Source: a virus. Taken from it: a DNA stretch of 45,576 nt. Position numbers and translations under genes: made by a program. Under the pieces are notes generated by a model. It was not told where the DNA came from. It saw nothing but the letters and a program-made list of their open reading frames with translations, and ran no database searches. Below are positions 24,583 to 33,627 of the stretch, in pieces; the first letter of the stretch is position 1, and every line of letters begins with the position of its first letter. Where the stretch lies: IMG/VR virus record IMGVR_UViG_3300022561_000019, positions 1 through 45,576 of that record; one strand, 5' to 3'.

Positions 24583-25146
24583 ATGGCAATAGTAAAAGCA
24601 GCAAGAACAGGTTCAAAGGTAACTACAGGTCGTGTGCGTCTATCATATACTCACCTATTTGAAGCAGCAGCAATTGATGGAAATGAGCCAAAATTCAGTG
24701 TTAGTGTAATAATTTCTAAGAATGATAAAGATACTCTTAAAGCAATCAAAGAGGCAGTAGATGAAGTTAAAGAGACAGGTAAAGCTAAATGGGGCGGAAA
24801 AGTACCTGCTGTACTAAAAACTCCTCTTCGTGATGGAGATACAGAAAGACCAGATGATCCAGCTTATGAAAATTGTTATTTCTTAAATGCTAGTAGCAAA
24901 AATAAGCCAGGTGTAGTTGACCAGAATGTTCACCCAGTATTAGATGCTTCAGAAGTATATAGCGGTTGCTACGGAAGATTAACAATTAACTTCTATGCTT
25001 TCTCAGCTTCAGGTAACAAAGGTATTGCAGCAGGACTTGGAAATGTTCAAAAGCTAGAAGATGGAGAATCACTTGGTGGTGCATTTACTAGGGCAGAGGA
25101 TGATTTTGGCTCTGTAGAATCTACTGATGAAAGTTTCTTAGGTTAG
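24583..25146 (+). CDS. DUF2815-type single-stranded DNA-binding protein
   Basis: 187 aa. TGRVRLSYTHLFEA...KFSVSVIISK...TPLRDGD...CYFLNASSKNKPGVVD. Canonical partner of DUF2800 and PolA. Confidence 0.8.
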   Translation: MAIVKAARTGSKVTTGRVRLSYTHLFEAAAIDGNEPKFSVSVIISKNDKDTLKAIKEAVDEVKETGKAKWGGKVPAVLKTPLRDGDTERPDDPAYENCYFLNASSKNKPGVVDQNVHPVLDASEVYSGCYGRLTINFYAFSASGNKGIAAGLGNVQKLEDGESLGGAFTRAEDDFGSVESTDESFLG

Positions 25147-25151
25147 GACTT

Positions 25152-25325
25152 ATGGATGATGTATGTTTGGGATTCTCCGAATTTAATGGAGAATCCACAG
25201 AGTATGATTGTGAATATGGATTTAGTGGAGAAGTAGATTGTGGAAGTTGTATATTCAATCATAACATACCACTAGAATGTAGAACGCAAGACCCAAGAGT
25301 AGATCCTTATGCTGAAGAAGAGTAG
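25152..25325 (+). CDS. Hypothetical Cys-rich acidic 57-aa protein
   Basis: ATG ORF with five Cys. Weak SD. Confidence 0.35.
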   Translation: MDDVCLGFSEFNGESTEYDCEYGFSGEVDCGSCIFNHNIPLECRTQDPRVDPYAEEE

Positions 25326-25343
25326 AAATAGGGAGTGAATTAA

Positions 25344-25886
25344 ATGATAGAGGCTTGGAGAGATATACCAGGGTATGAGGGTTATTACCAAGCCTCTACC
25401 TTTGGTAATATAAAAAGTTTAGATAGAACAATTACACAGGTGAGCAGATGGGGTAAGTTAGTTTCAAGAAACTACCCGGGAAAAATATTCACTTTTAAAC
25501 CTCATGCAAAGGACAGTGACTACTATTCTGTAAGATTTAATAACAAAAAGTTGTCAGTTCATACTTTAATTCTTTTAACATTTAAGGGTCCCATGCCTGT
25601 TAATTGTGATGTTGTTAGACACAAAGATGGTGATCCATTCAATAATAACTTATCTAATTTATTATATGGGACATTTTCAGAAAATGTACTTGATATATAC
25701 AGGCAGGATAAACCTAAAGGGATATTAAAAATTAATGAAGTTATTGAAATTAGAAAATTGTTTAATACTGGTATATCCCACAAAAATATTGGTTGGCTTT
25801 ATGGGGTATCAAGAAGAACAATAAGCAGTATACACAATAACACTTCATACTCTTGGTTAAACAAGGAAGGTGAAATAAATGGATAA
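25344..25886 (+). CDS. Second free-standing HNH homing endonuclease (NUMOD4 + HNH_3)
   Basis: AWRDIPGYEGYYQASTFGNIKS, RHKDGDPFNNNLSNLLYGTFSEN. The 3' end overlaps the polymerase start. Confidence 0.8.
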   Translation: MIEAWRDIPGYEGYYQASTFGNIKSLDRTITQVSRWGKLVSRNYPGKIFTFKPHAKDSDYYSVRFNNKKLSVHTLILLTFKGPMPVNCDVVRHKDGDPFNNNLSNLLYGTFSENVLDIYRQDKPKGILKINEVIEIRKLFNTGISHKNIGWLYGVSRRTISSIHNNTSYSWLNKEGEING

Positions 25887-27831
25887 TTACTTATTCTTAG
25901 ATTTAGAAACTTATTCAGATTTTGATATAAAAAATTGTGGATCCTACAAATACGTAGAGTCTCCAAAATTCGAGATATTACTATTTGCTTATGCATTTAA
26001 TAGTGAAGAAGTAAAAATTATAGATTTAACTAAAGAAAAAATACCGGAAAAATTATACTCTGCTCTCACTGATCCGGAGGTAATCAAAGTGGCCCATAAT
26101 GCTAATTTTGAGAGAAGTGCTTTAAAAAGTTACTATGGAATACCAATGCCACCGGAGCAATGGAGATGTTCAATGGTCAAAGCTCTTACCTTGGGTTTAC
26201 CTGCAAGTTTAGGCATGATTGGTAAGGCAATGCATTTTGAAGAAAGTAATCAAAAAATGAAAGAGGGTAAAGCATTAATACAGTTCTTCTGTAAACCTTG
26301 CAAACCTACAAAGGCCAATGAAAGTAGAAGTAGAAATTTACCAGAGCATGATTCTGATAAGTGGGAAACATTTAAAAAATATTGTATTCAGGACGTTGCA
26401 GCTGAAATAGAAATTTGGAACAAGCTAATTATATATAAAACCACTGACACAGAGCAGAGATTATGGGAATTGGACCAACACATTAATGATAGAGGTGTAG
26501 GTGTAGATTTGACTTTTGTTAACCAAGCAATACTTGGAAGTAGTATATACGCTGAAAAATTGTTGTTAGAGGCTAGAGAAATTACAGGCTTAGATAATCC
26601 AAACAGTGCAACACAGTTAAAGAAATGGATAGGTGAAAGACTAGGTCATGAAGTAACAAGCCTTACAAAAGAGAGTGTACCGGTGCTGTTAGAAGAGGCT
26701 GAGGATAACAATGTAGTTAGAATTTTAGAACTAAGACAACTTATGGCTAAAACCTCAGTTAAAAAATATGGTGCTATGCTGCATGCTTATTGCAATGACA
26801 CAAGAACTCATGGGCTGTTACAGTTTTATGGTGCCAATAGGACCGGTAGATGGGCGGGTCGTTTGATACAGGTGCAGAACTTACCTCAGAACCATCTGCC
26901 TGACTTAGATGATGCTAGGAACTTAGTAAGAACTGGTCGATTTGATGAAATAGAATTTCTATATGATAGCATTCCAGATACTCTCTCACAACTCATAAGA
27001 ACTGCTTTTATACCTAGAGAGGGTAATAGATTCATGGTAGCCGACTTTTCAGCTATTGAGGCAAGAGTAATTGCTTGGATAGCAGGTGAGAAATGGAGAC
27101 TTGATGTTTTCAATACTCATGGAAAAATATACGAAGCTTCTGCATCTCAGATGTTTAAGGTACCAATAGAATCTATATACAAAGGTAGTGATCTAAGAGC
27201 TAGAGGAAAAGTAGCAGAACTTGCGTTAGGATATGGTGGTAGTGTTGGAGCTCTAATCGCAATGGATAAAAACAAGAGTATTCCTGAAGAGGATATGCCA
27301 GAGCTTGTTAAGAGTTGGAGAAATGCAAATGTTAATATTACAAAGTTTTGGTGGGACTGTGATAAGGCTGCTAAAAAAGCTATTACTGAAAAAACAACAG
27401 TGTGTATGCAATTTGGTCTTAAATTCATATATGCTCCTGGAGTTTTGTTTATACAACTACCATCAGGTAGAAAGCTAGCTTATGTAAGACCTGCTATAGA
27501 AGACGGTAAGTTTGGTAAACCGGTAGTAACTTATGAGGGCATGGAGCAAACCACAAAACAGTGGGTAACACTTGAAACTTATGGACCTAAGATTGTAGAG
27601 AATATAGTCCAAGCAGTAGCAAGAGATTGTCTAGGTGAAGCAATGTTTAAAGTAGAAGCTGCAGGCTATCCGATAGTAATGCATGTACATGATGAAATAA
27701 TAATGGATGTACCAAAAGGTTTTGGCACCATGAAAGAAGTTAATGATATCTTTGGAGAAACTTTAGACTGGGCCCCTGGACTTCCACTTGGTGCTGATGG
27801 ATATGAAACAGAATACTACAAAAAGGATTAG
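25879..27831 (+). CDS. Family A DNA polymerase with 3'-5' exonuclease domain
   Basis: ExoI LDLETYS. Motif A DFSAIEARV. Motif B RARGKVAELALGYGGS. Motif C HVHDEII. Confidence 0.95.
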   Translation: MDNYLFLDLETYSDFDIKNCGSYKYVESPKFEILLFAYAFNSEEVKIIDLTKEKIPEKLYSALTDPEVIKVAHNANFERSALKSYYGIPMPPEQWRCSMVKALTLGLPASLGMIGKAMHFEESNQKMKEGKALIQFFCKPCKPTKANESRSRNLPEHDSDKWETFKKYCIQDVAAEIEIWNKLIIYKTTDTEQRLWELDQHINDRGVGVDLTFVNQAILGSSIYAEKLLLEAREITGLDNPNSATQLKKWIGERLGHEVTSLTKESVPVLLEEAEDNNVVRILELRQLMAKTSVKKYGAMLHAYCNDTRTHGLLQFYGANRTGRWAGRLIQVQNLPQNHLPDLDDARNLVRTGRFDEIEFLYDSIPDTLSQLIRTAFIPREGNRFMVADFSAIEARVIAWIAGEKWRLDVFNTHGKIYEASASQMFKVPIESIYKGSDLRARGKVAELALGYGGSVGALIAMDKNKSIPEEDMPELVKSWRNANVNITKFWWDCDKAAKKAITEKTTVCMQFGLKFIYAPGVLFIQLPSGRKLAYVRPAIEDGKFGKPVVTYEGMEQTTKQWVTLETYGPKIVENIVQAVARDCLGEAMFKVEAAGYPIVMHVHDEIIMDVPKGFGTMKEVNDIFGETLDWAPGLPLGADGYETEYYKKD

Positions 27832-27843
27832 GAGGCGAGTTAG

Positions 27844-27966
27844 ATGATTGTATTAAAAATTATAGCCACACTGTTCGGATTAGTTGCTGTGATAGTTGTA
27901 ATTAGCTTATGTTCCATTAGTGGTAAATGTAGTGAAATAGAGAGGCAAAACGGATGGGGCGAATAA
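27844..27966 (+). CDS. Hypothetical 40-aa single-TM peptide
   Basis: SD AGGAGGCGA. IVLKIIATLFGLVAVIVVISL. Confidence 0.35.
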   Translation: MIVLKIIATLFGLVAVIVVISLCSISGKCSEIERQNGWGE

Positions 27967-28052
27967 TGAAGTATTTGTTTAGTGCTGTAGCAGGTGTGGT
28001 GCTTGGGTATTGTTTAGGCAAATCTGTAGTTTTGCTAATAGAAATATTCTAG
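27966..28052 (+). CDS. Hypothetical 28-aa hydrophobic peptide
   Basis: TAATG coupling. MKYLFSAVAGVVLGYCLGKSVVLLIEIF. Confidence 0.25.
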   Translation: MKYLFSAVAGVVLGYCLGKSVVLLIEIF

Positions 28053-28095
28053 CTACATCCTCTGATTAAATGGCGAAGGATTGGAGGTTGGAAAA

Positions 28096-28317
28096 ATGAC
28101 ATTAAAAGAAGCACTGGAAAATAAAATCATCATAAAAGATGAACATGATAATTGTAAATATAATGGGAAATGCAAAGAATGTAAATATAGCGAATGTTAT
28201 TCATATCCTGCACAATCTAATATGTGCATGAATAACAAATCAAAATGGTTTGGAATGTATCATGTTGACTATAGTTTTAAAAGGTTTGTAGACGGTTGTA
28301 ATTGCTTTGAACATTAA
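28096..28317 (+). CDS. Cys-rich small protein
   Basis: 73 aa from ATG 28096 (SD GGAGGTTGG). Nine Cys, including CKYNGKCKECKYSEC. Confidence 0.55.
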   Translation: MTLKEALENKIIIKDEHDNCKYNGKCKECKYSECYSYPAQSNMCMNNKSKWFGMYHVDYSFKRFVDGCNCFEH

Positions 28318-28379
28318 TAGTTACTACACAATACAAATAATATGTCGGCTAATGTATAAAATGCGTAGGAGGTAAAGAA

Positions 28380-28538
28380 GTGAGAGTATATGAAAACTGG
28401 TCTGAAAGTCAATTAAGGAATGCAATATGGATGTTATCAAACGGAATGAGCATACCAGGTGGTTATACAGATGCGGAGATGTTAAAGCAAGAATTAAGGG
28501 GTAGAGGATTATCGGATGAAGGTTATCACAATACTTAA
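28380..28538 (+). CDS. Hypothetical 52-aa protein
   Basis: GTG after SD TAGGAGGTAA. Preferred over the antisense track ORF 28324..28554. Confidence 0.45.
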   Translation: MRVYENWSESQLRNAIWMLSNGMSIPGGYTDAEMLKQELRGRGLSDEGYHNT

Positions 28539-28587
28539 TTAGGTCGTCATTCAAATATATGTTGAAACAATAGGAGGGAGCGAGGTC

Positions 28588-28752
28588 ATGTTAAAATGCG
28601 CAGAATGTATGAAGTGTAAAAATGGGTTAGCAAGATGTCAACTTTGTAAAAGATATGCTCGGTTAGAGAATACTCTCATAATTAAAAACAAAATAAGTGG
28701 TAAAGAATTAAGAGTGTGCAAAGAATGTGGTAAGAGATTTAATTGGATATAA
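28588..28752 (+). CDS. Small zinc-ribbon protein (54 aa)
   Basis: SD AGGAGGGAG. CAECMKC...CQLC...CKEC. Confidence 0.45.
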   Translation: MLKCAECMKCKNGLARCQLCKRYARLENTLIIKNKISGKELRVCKECGKRFNWI

Positions 28753-28771
28753 ATTAAGATGGAGGTAGTAG

Positions 28772-29128
28772 ATGATTAATTTAGAGGAACTGTTAATGAT
28801 GCAAAGGGACTTAGATATTGAAATTCTAAAAAAATATAATAGTAGAAGCTGTATGAGTAGATTTCCAAAAGAACAAGCTGATTTCCTTACTGAAAGAATG
28901 TTGGCCATGATAGTGGAAGTTAGCGAACTCGCAAATGCCTCAAGGTGTTTTAAATACTGGTCAATGAAGCCAGCAGAGCCAAAAGAAAGACTACTTGATG
29001 AATATGCTGACTGTTTGCATTTTCTTCTTAGTCTAGGTAATACACTTGATTTTACACCTCAAGAAATACAAGATGCATATTTTAAAAAATATAGTGAAAA
29101 CTTAGTTCGCCAGATGGAGGGGTATTAG
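28772..29128 (+). CDS. Dimeric-type dUTP diphosphatase (dUTPase_2/MazG-like all-alpha NTP pyrophosphatase)
   Basis: LAMIVEVSELANASRCFKYWS...LLDEYADCLHFLLSLG matches the dimeric dUTPase pattern. Confidence 0.7.
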   Translation: MINLEELLMMQRDLDIEILKKYNSRSCMSRFPKEQADFLTERMLAMIVEVSELANASRCFKYWSMKPAEPKERLLDEYADCLHFLLSLGNTLDFTPQEIQDAYFKKYSENLVRQMEGY

Positions 29129-29129
29129 T

Positions 29130-29276
29130 ATGGTAAAAAGAATATGCCCAAAATGTCTTGCAAGATGGTATTCTTCTTCAACAACTAATGGTGTATGGGT
29201 TTGTGAAGTTTGTAAGTCAGAGATTCCAAAGTCTCAAGAAGTTGTGAACTGGGGGCAGAGTGAAGATGGGGAGTAA
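29130..29276 (+). CDS. Small zinc-ribbon protein (48 aa)
   Basis: SD GGAGGGG. CPKC...CEVC. Confidence 0.45.
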   Translation: MVKRICPKCLARWYSSSTTNGVWVCEVCKSEIPKSQEVVNWGQSEDGE

Positions 29277-29342
29277 AAAGTTAGGAGGGGTAGAAAACTG
29301 AATGAGATTAAATTAATTAAAATATCTTCAAAAAAAAGTGAA

Positions 29343-29891
29343 ATGATGGATTTTAATGGAGTTGTTAAACAATATAAAAACTTCTTATATAAAGAATCAT
29401 GGAAATGGCAAATGAACTATGATTTTGAAGAATTATATCAAATGGCAATGATAGGTTGCTGGAAAGCATTCATGCATTATACCGGAGAAGTATTATTTTT
29501 AACTTATGCAGCAAGATGTATTCAAAATGAAATACTCATGTACGTTAGAAAATGCCAAGGGTGTAAAAGTGAAGATAAACAAGTTAAATTTATAGTTAAT
29601 TTAGAAGCGGTTATAGGAACTAATAAGGATGGCCAAGAAAGCTTACTTCAAGATACAATTGGGGCTACGGATGATGATATAGAAGAGTATGGAGAAAGAG
29701 AAATTAAAAGGAAATTACTTAAAAAATTAAGCAAAAGGCAATGGGAAGAAATAGAATGTGTTCTTTTTAAAAGTACAAGCCAAAAAGAATTGAGTGAAAA
29801 ATATGGAGTTTCACAAAGCTATATAAGCAGAAGGGCACAAGCTACATTGGACCGTTTAAAAATCAATTACTTAAAGGAAATGTCGTTATGA
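29343..29891 (+). CDS. Sigma-70 family sigma factor, SigE/SigK-like
   Basis: 182 aa. LTYAARCIQNEILMYVRK closely resembles the TYA(A/S)RCIENEILM(H/Y)LR block of mother-cell sigma factors. Region 4 ELSEKYGVSQSYISRRAQATLDRLK. Confidence 0.85.
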   Translation: MMDFNGVVKQYKNFLYKESWKWQMNYDFEELYQMAMIGCWKAFMHYTGEVLFLTYAARCIQNEILMYVRKCQGCKSEDKQVKFIVNLEAVIGTNKDGQESLLQDTIGATDDDIEEYGEREIKRKLLKKLSKRQWEEIECVLFKSTSQKELSEKYGVSQSYISRRAQATLDRLKINYLKEMSL

Positions 29892-30595
29892 AAAATGTTT
29901 ATTCCACTCCAGAACTCAAGCAATATGTTTTAGAAAATTATGACGGAAGTTCTGAAATGATTACGCAAATTCAAGAAAAATTCAACGTGCCGAGAGGGGT
30001 TATAACTTCTATGGCGAGAAGATTAAAGTTATCCAAGAATAAAAATTTTTGGTCTGAATCCGACCTAGAATATTTAAAAGAAAATTGGGGTATTAAAACC
30101 GTACCAATAATGAGTAAATTCTTAAAACGCACACCGTATGCAGTAAGGCGTATGGCAATAAAACTAGAGTTGGGTACCAGGAAATTGAATTACACGCTAG
30201 ATGAGGTTGGAAGGTTGTTTGATATAGATGCAAAGGCAGTGAAAAGATGGGGTGGAAAAGGGTTAGTAATAACGAAAGCTAAAACAGACGCGAAAATTTA
30301 TTCTATAAAAGTAGAAGATTTAATAGAATTTTTAAAAGATTATAAAGGTTACTGGGATAGCAGAAAAATGCAATACTCACTGTGGATAACGGAACCGGAA
30401 TGGTTTAAACAAAGGAAAAGAGAGGATAAATTAAAACCTAATAAACATTATCAAAAATGGGATGATAATCAAGATAGAAAATTAGTGGAATTGTACAATA
30501 AAGGCATGGAATATAAAGAAATTGGCGAAATAATCGGAAGAAGTGAAGTTACAACTAAGCAAAGAATGAGGGACATTAATTTTGGGAGAAAATAA
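29888..30595 (+). CDS. DNA-binding protein with Myb/SANT-like and MerR-like HTH segments
   Basis: 235 aa. WSESDLEYLKENWG, LDEVGRLFDIDAKAVKRW, WDDNQDRKLVELYNKGMEYKEIGEIIGRS. Confidence 0.5.
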   Translation: MKNVYSTPELKQYVLENYDGSSEMITQIQEKFNVPRGVITSMARRLKLSKNKNFWSESDLEYLKENWGIKTVPIMSKFLKRTPYAVRRMAIKLELGTRKLNYTLDEVGRLFDIDAKAVKRWGGKGLVITKAKTDAKIYSIKVEDLIEFLKDYKGYWDSRKMQYSLWITEPEWFKQRKREDKLKPNKHYQKWDDNQDRKLVELYNKGMEYKEIGEIIGRSEVTTKQRMRDINFGRK

Positions 30596-30633
30596 TTCGC
30601 ACTACAAATAAATCATGTATGGGAGGGGTAGAA

Positions 30634-30981
30634 GTGGAAAGTGAAAAAATATTGGAAACCGAGAATATGGCACTTAAAATGTATAAAAAGGATTTATTAA
30701 AAATAAGAGCCTCAGTATTAAAGAAAAGAGAAAAAGAGATTATAAAACTTGAATCTAAAATAAAAGACATTGAGGAGTTAAATGAAGATGAACTCCAAGA
30801 GCTCTATGGTTATGCAGCTATTAGTAAAAGAGAATATGAGAGTAGATTAAAAAATCTTAGGGAATATGAGGAGAACAAAGATACCTTTAGAGATAATCCA
30901 ACTACTCTCAAATCATATCTGAAATTATTAGATCAGGACATATGGGATATAGGGACAAACATTCAACTAAATAGGGAATAA
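30634..30981 (+). CDS. Hypothetical coiled-coil protein
   Basis: GTG 30634 lies 5 nt after GGGAGGGG. The track start ATG 30619 overlaps that SD. Confidence 0.55.
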   Translation: MESEKILETENMALKMYKKDLLKIRASVLKKREKEIIKLESKIKDIEELNEDELQELYGYAAISKREYESRLKNLREYEENKDTFRDNPTTLKSYLKLLDQDIWDIGTNIQLNRE

Positions 30982-31022
30982 TTATAAGGGTAATAATATT
31001 TGCATAGAGGGGAGGTGATAAC

Positions 31023-31151
31023 TTGAATAAGAGAAAATGTAAAGAATTAAAAAGAAAAAGAGAAATTAAGAAAAAGAATAATATGCGTACTAATAATAGA
31101 ACTAAACAAAAATTTATAAAAGAGTCGGCAGCTTTGCAATATGATGTGTAA
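31023..31151 (+). CDS. Hypothetical highly basic 42-aa protein
   Basis: TTG after SD GGGGAGGTGA. Lys/Arg-rich. Confidence 0.35.
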   Translation: MNKRKCKELKRKREIKKKNNMRTNNRTKQKFIKESAALQYDV

Positions 31152-31190
31152 TCTTAAGACAGAAAACATATACAGGAGGGCGGTGATAAA

Positions 31191-33626
31191 TTGGAATATG
31201 TGACAGAAGATAAGAAAATTAAAAAAATCAAGTATGATGGGTCAATATCATTAGCCACTGGGGCGAGTAAGAAAGAAATTCACTGGAAAAATAAGAACAT
31301 GCTCTATTCTGCGCTAGTTGAAAAATTAAGTAATACAACTAGAACTCCTGAAACCCACGCGGAATACGGAAAGATGCCAAAGACTGATAGAGACAATATA
31401 AAAGATGTTGGAGGCTTTGTTGGTGGGTCACTTAAGAATGGTCGTAGAAAAGCAGAGAATGTAGCTAATAGAACCTTATTAACCTTGGATTTAGATTATG
31501 TTAACGGTGATGTATGGAGCAGTATAGAAATGTTATGGGAGTTTGCTGTGGCTATGTATTCAACTCATACACATGCACCGGATAATCAAAGACTAAGATT
31601 AGTTATCCCACTGAGCAGACCAGTTCTTCCAGATGAATATCAAGCTATTAGTAGAATGATAGCAGATGATTTAGGAATTGACCAGTTTGATGATACAACC
31701 TATGAACCCTCAAGATTAATGTACTGGCCATCAACTAGTGCTGATGGAGATTATATATTTAAAGTTCAAGACTTACCTTGGCTTAATCCGGATGATGTAC
31801 TAGCTAGATATACTTTTGGGTGGCAGGATGTAAGTTACTGGCCTGAGAGTTCAAGAGCCAGGGCGAAGATTACAAGTGATATTAAAAGACAAGAGGATCC
31901 GCTTGAAAAGAAAGGTGTTATAGGGGCATTTTGTAGGACCTTTAGTATAAGTGAAGCAATAGCAGAGTTCTTAGATGATGTTTACGCTTCAGGAGCTGAT
32001 GATACAAGATATACATTTGTAGATGGAAGTACTACGGGTGGAGTGGTAGTCTATGAAGATAAATTCAGTTTCTCTCACCATGGGACGGACCCAACAAGCG
32101 GAATATTGTGTAATGCTTTTGACCTTGTAAGAATTAATAAGTTTGGACACCTGGATGATGATATTAAAGAAGATACTCCAGCTAATAGAGTACCATCATT
32201 CACTAGAATGACAGAGTTTTCAAGTAGCAATGCAAAAGTAATACAGACTTTAGGTATGGAGCGTATGGAGAAGGCCCAAGAGGACTTTGATACTGTTATA
32301 GATACAGATGAGAAAGAAGTTAGCACAGATTGGCTTAAAGAAATAAAATACACTGATACTGGAAAGTTAAAAAGCACTATAAGTAATTTTCTGTTAGTAA
32401 TAGAGAATGAACCAATGCTTAAGGGTAAGATAGCCTATAATGAATTTTCTAATAGAGCTGTAGTAGTTGGTAAGCTTCCTTGGAGAAGTGATGGTAATAA
32501 AAGTGACTGGGCTGATATAGATGATAGTGGACTCAGAGAATTTATAGAAAAATATTATGCAATAAGTTCAACTGCAAAATGCGCAGATGCATTAGCACTA
32601 TCTTTTGAAAAACATTCATACCATCCAATTAAGGATTATTTAAATAGTCTCACCTGGGATGGTGTGAAAAGACTTGATACTCTATTTATAGATTATTTAG
32701 GAGCAGAGGATAAACTATATGTGCGAACAGTAACGCGAAAAATTATAGTTGCTGCAGTAGCAAGAGTATTTGTTCCCGGCATTAAATTTGATAACATGCC
32801 AGTTTTAAGTGGTCCTCAGGGAATAGGTAAAAGTACACTAATTAAAAAGTTAGGTAGGGATTGGTACTCGGATTCCTTAACTACTGTACAAGGTAAAGAG
32901 GCATATGAACAATTACAAGGTGTATGGATGATAGAGATGGGAGAAATGATGGCTACAAAGAAAGCAGATATTGAAGCTACAAAGCATTTTCTATCTAAGA
33001 CAGAGGATATATACAGAGTTGCATATGGGAGAAGGACAAGCAGATTCCCAAGGCAATGCATATTTATAGGTACAACTAATGATAGTGAGTTTTTAAGAGA
33101 CAAGACCGGTAACAGAAGATTTTGGCCAATTGATGTTGGTGTAGCTGCACATACTAAAAATGTATGGGAAGATTTAAATAAAAATGAAGTTGACCAAATA
33201 TGGGCCGAGGCACTGGAGTTATGGAAGAATAAAGAGCCACTACATCTGAATAAAGATGAAGAGAAAGAAGCAGCTAAGGAGCAAGACTCACATAGCGAAG
33301 AGAGTGCAAAAGCTGGATTAATAGAAGAATATTTGAATAAACCTCTCCCGGATGGTTGGTATGATTTAGGTATTGTTGAAAAAAGAAATTATATACAAGG
33401 CTCAGATTTTGGAGACTTACCTGAAGGAAATATAAAGAGAGATAGGACTTGTGTAATGGAGATTTGGTGTGAGCTTTTTAATGGAGATCCTAAGCAACTT
33501 TCATACATGAGTGCAAGAGAAATAAATGATGTTTTAGGTGGACTTAGTGACTGGGAAAAGAGTAAAAGTCCATTAGGTTTTGGAAAAATATATGGTAGGC
33601 AAAGAGCTTATTTACTTAAGAATTAG
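31191..33626 (+). CDS. Primase-polymerase / VirE-family helicase (replicative primase-helicase)
   Basis: 811 aa. TTG after GGAGGGCGGTGA. C-terminal P-loop GPQGIGKST with VirE-like context (RFWPI). Confidence 0.9.
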   Translation: MEYVTEDKKIKKIKYDGSISLATGASKKEIHWKNKNMLYSALVEKLSNTTRTPETHAEYGKMPKTDRDNIKDVGGFVGGSLKNGRRKAENVANRTLLTLDLDYVNGDVWSSIEMLWEFAVAMYSTHTHAPDNQRLRLVIPLSRPVLPDEYQAISRMIADDLGIDQFDDTTYEPSRLMYWPSTSADGDYIFKVQDLPWLNPDDVLARYTFGWQDVSYWPESSRARAKITSDIKRQEDPLEKKGVIGAFCRTFSISEAIAEFLDDVYASGADDTRYTFVDGSTTGGVVVYEDKFSFSHHGTDPTSGILCNAFDLVRINKFGHLDDDIKEDTPANRVPSFTRMTEFSSSNAKVIQTLGMERMEKAQEDFDTVIDTDEKEVSTDWLKEIKYTDTGKLKSTISNFLLVIENEPMLKGKIAYNEFSNRAVVVGKLPWRSDGNKSDWADIDDSGLREFIEKYYAISSTAKCADALALSFEKHSYHPIKDYLNSLTWDGVKRLDTLFIDYLGAEDKLYVRTVTRKIIVAAVARVFVPGIKFDNMPVLSGPQGIGKSTLIKKLGRDWYSDSLTTVQGKEAYEQLQGVWMIEMGEMMATKKADIEATKHFLSKTEDIYRVAYGRRTSRFPRQCIFIGTTNDSEFLRDKTGNRRFWPIDVGVAAHTKNVWEDLNKNEVDQIWAEALELWKNKEPLHLNKDEEKEAAKEQDSHSEESAKAGLIEEYLNKPLPDGWYDLGIVEKRNYIQGSDFGDLPEGNIKRDRTCVMEIWCELFNGDPKQLSYMSAREINDVLGGLSDWEKSKSPLGFGKIYGRQRAYLLKN

Positions 33627-33627
33627 T

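Noticed and set aside
28324-28554. Minus-strand 76-aa track ORF.
   Set aside because: It sits in a uniformly + strand operon. A + strand ORF (28380..28538) with a perfect AGGAGGT SD occupies the same DNA.
29283-29316. Strong SD AGGAGGGG followed by a 4-codon mini-ORF (ATG AGA TTA AAT TAA) just upstream of the second sigma gene.
   Set aside because: It is too short to call as a gene. It may be a leader or coupling element, or may indicate an upstream non-ATG start (CTG 29298). It is noted under the sigma finding only.
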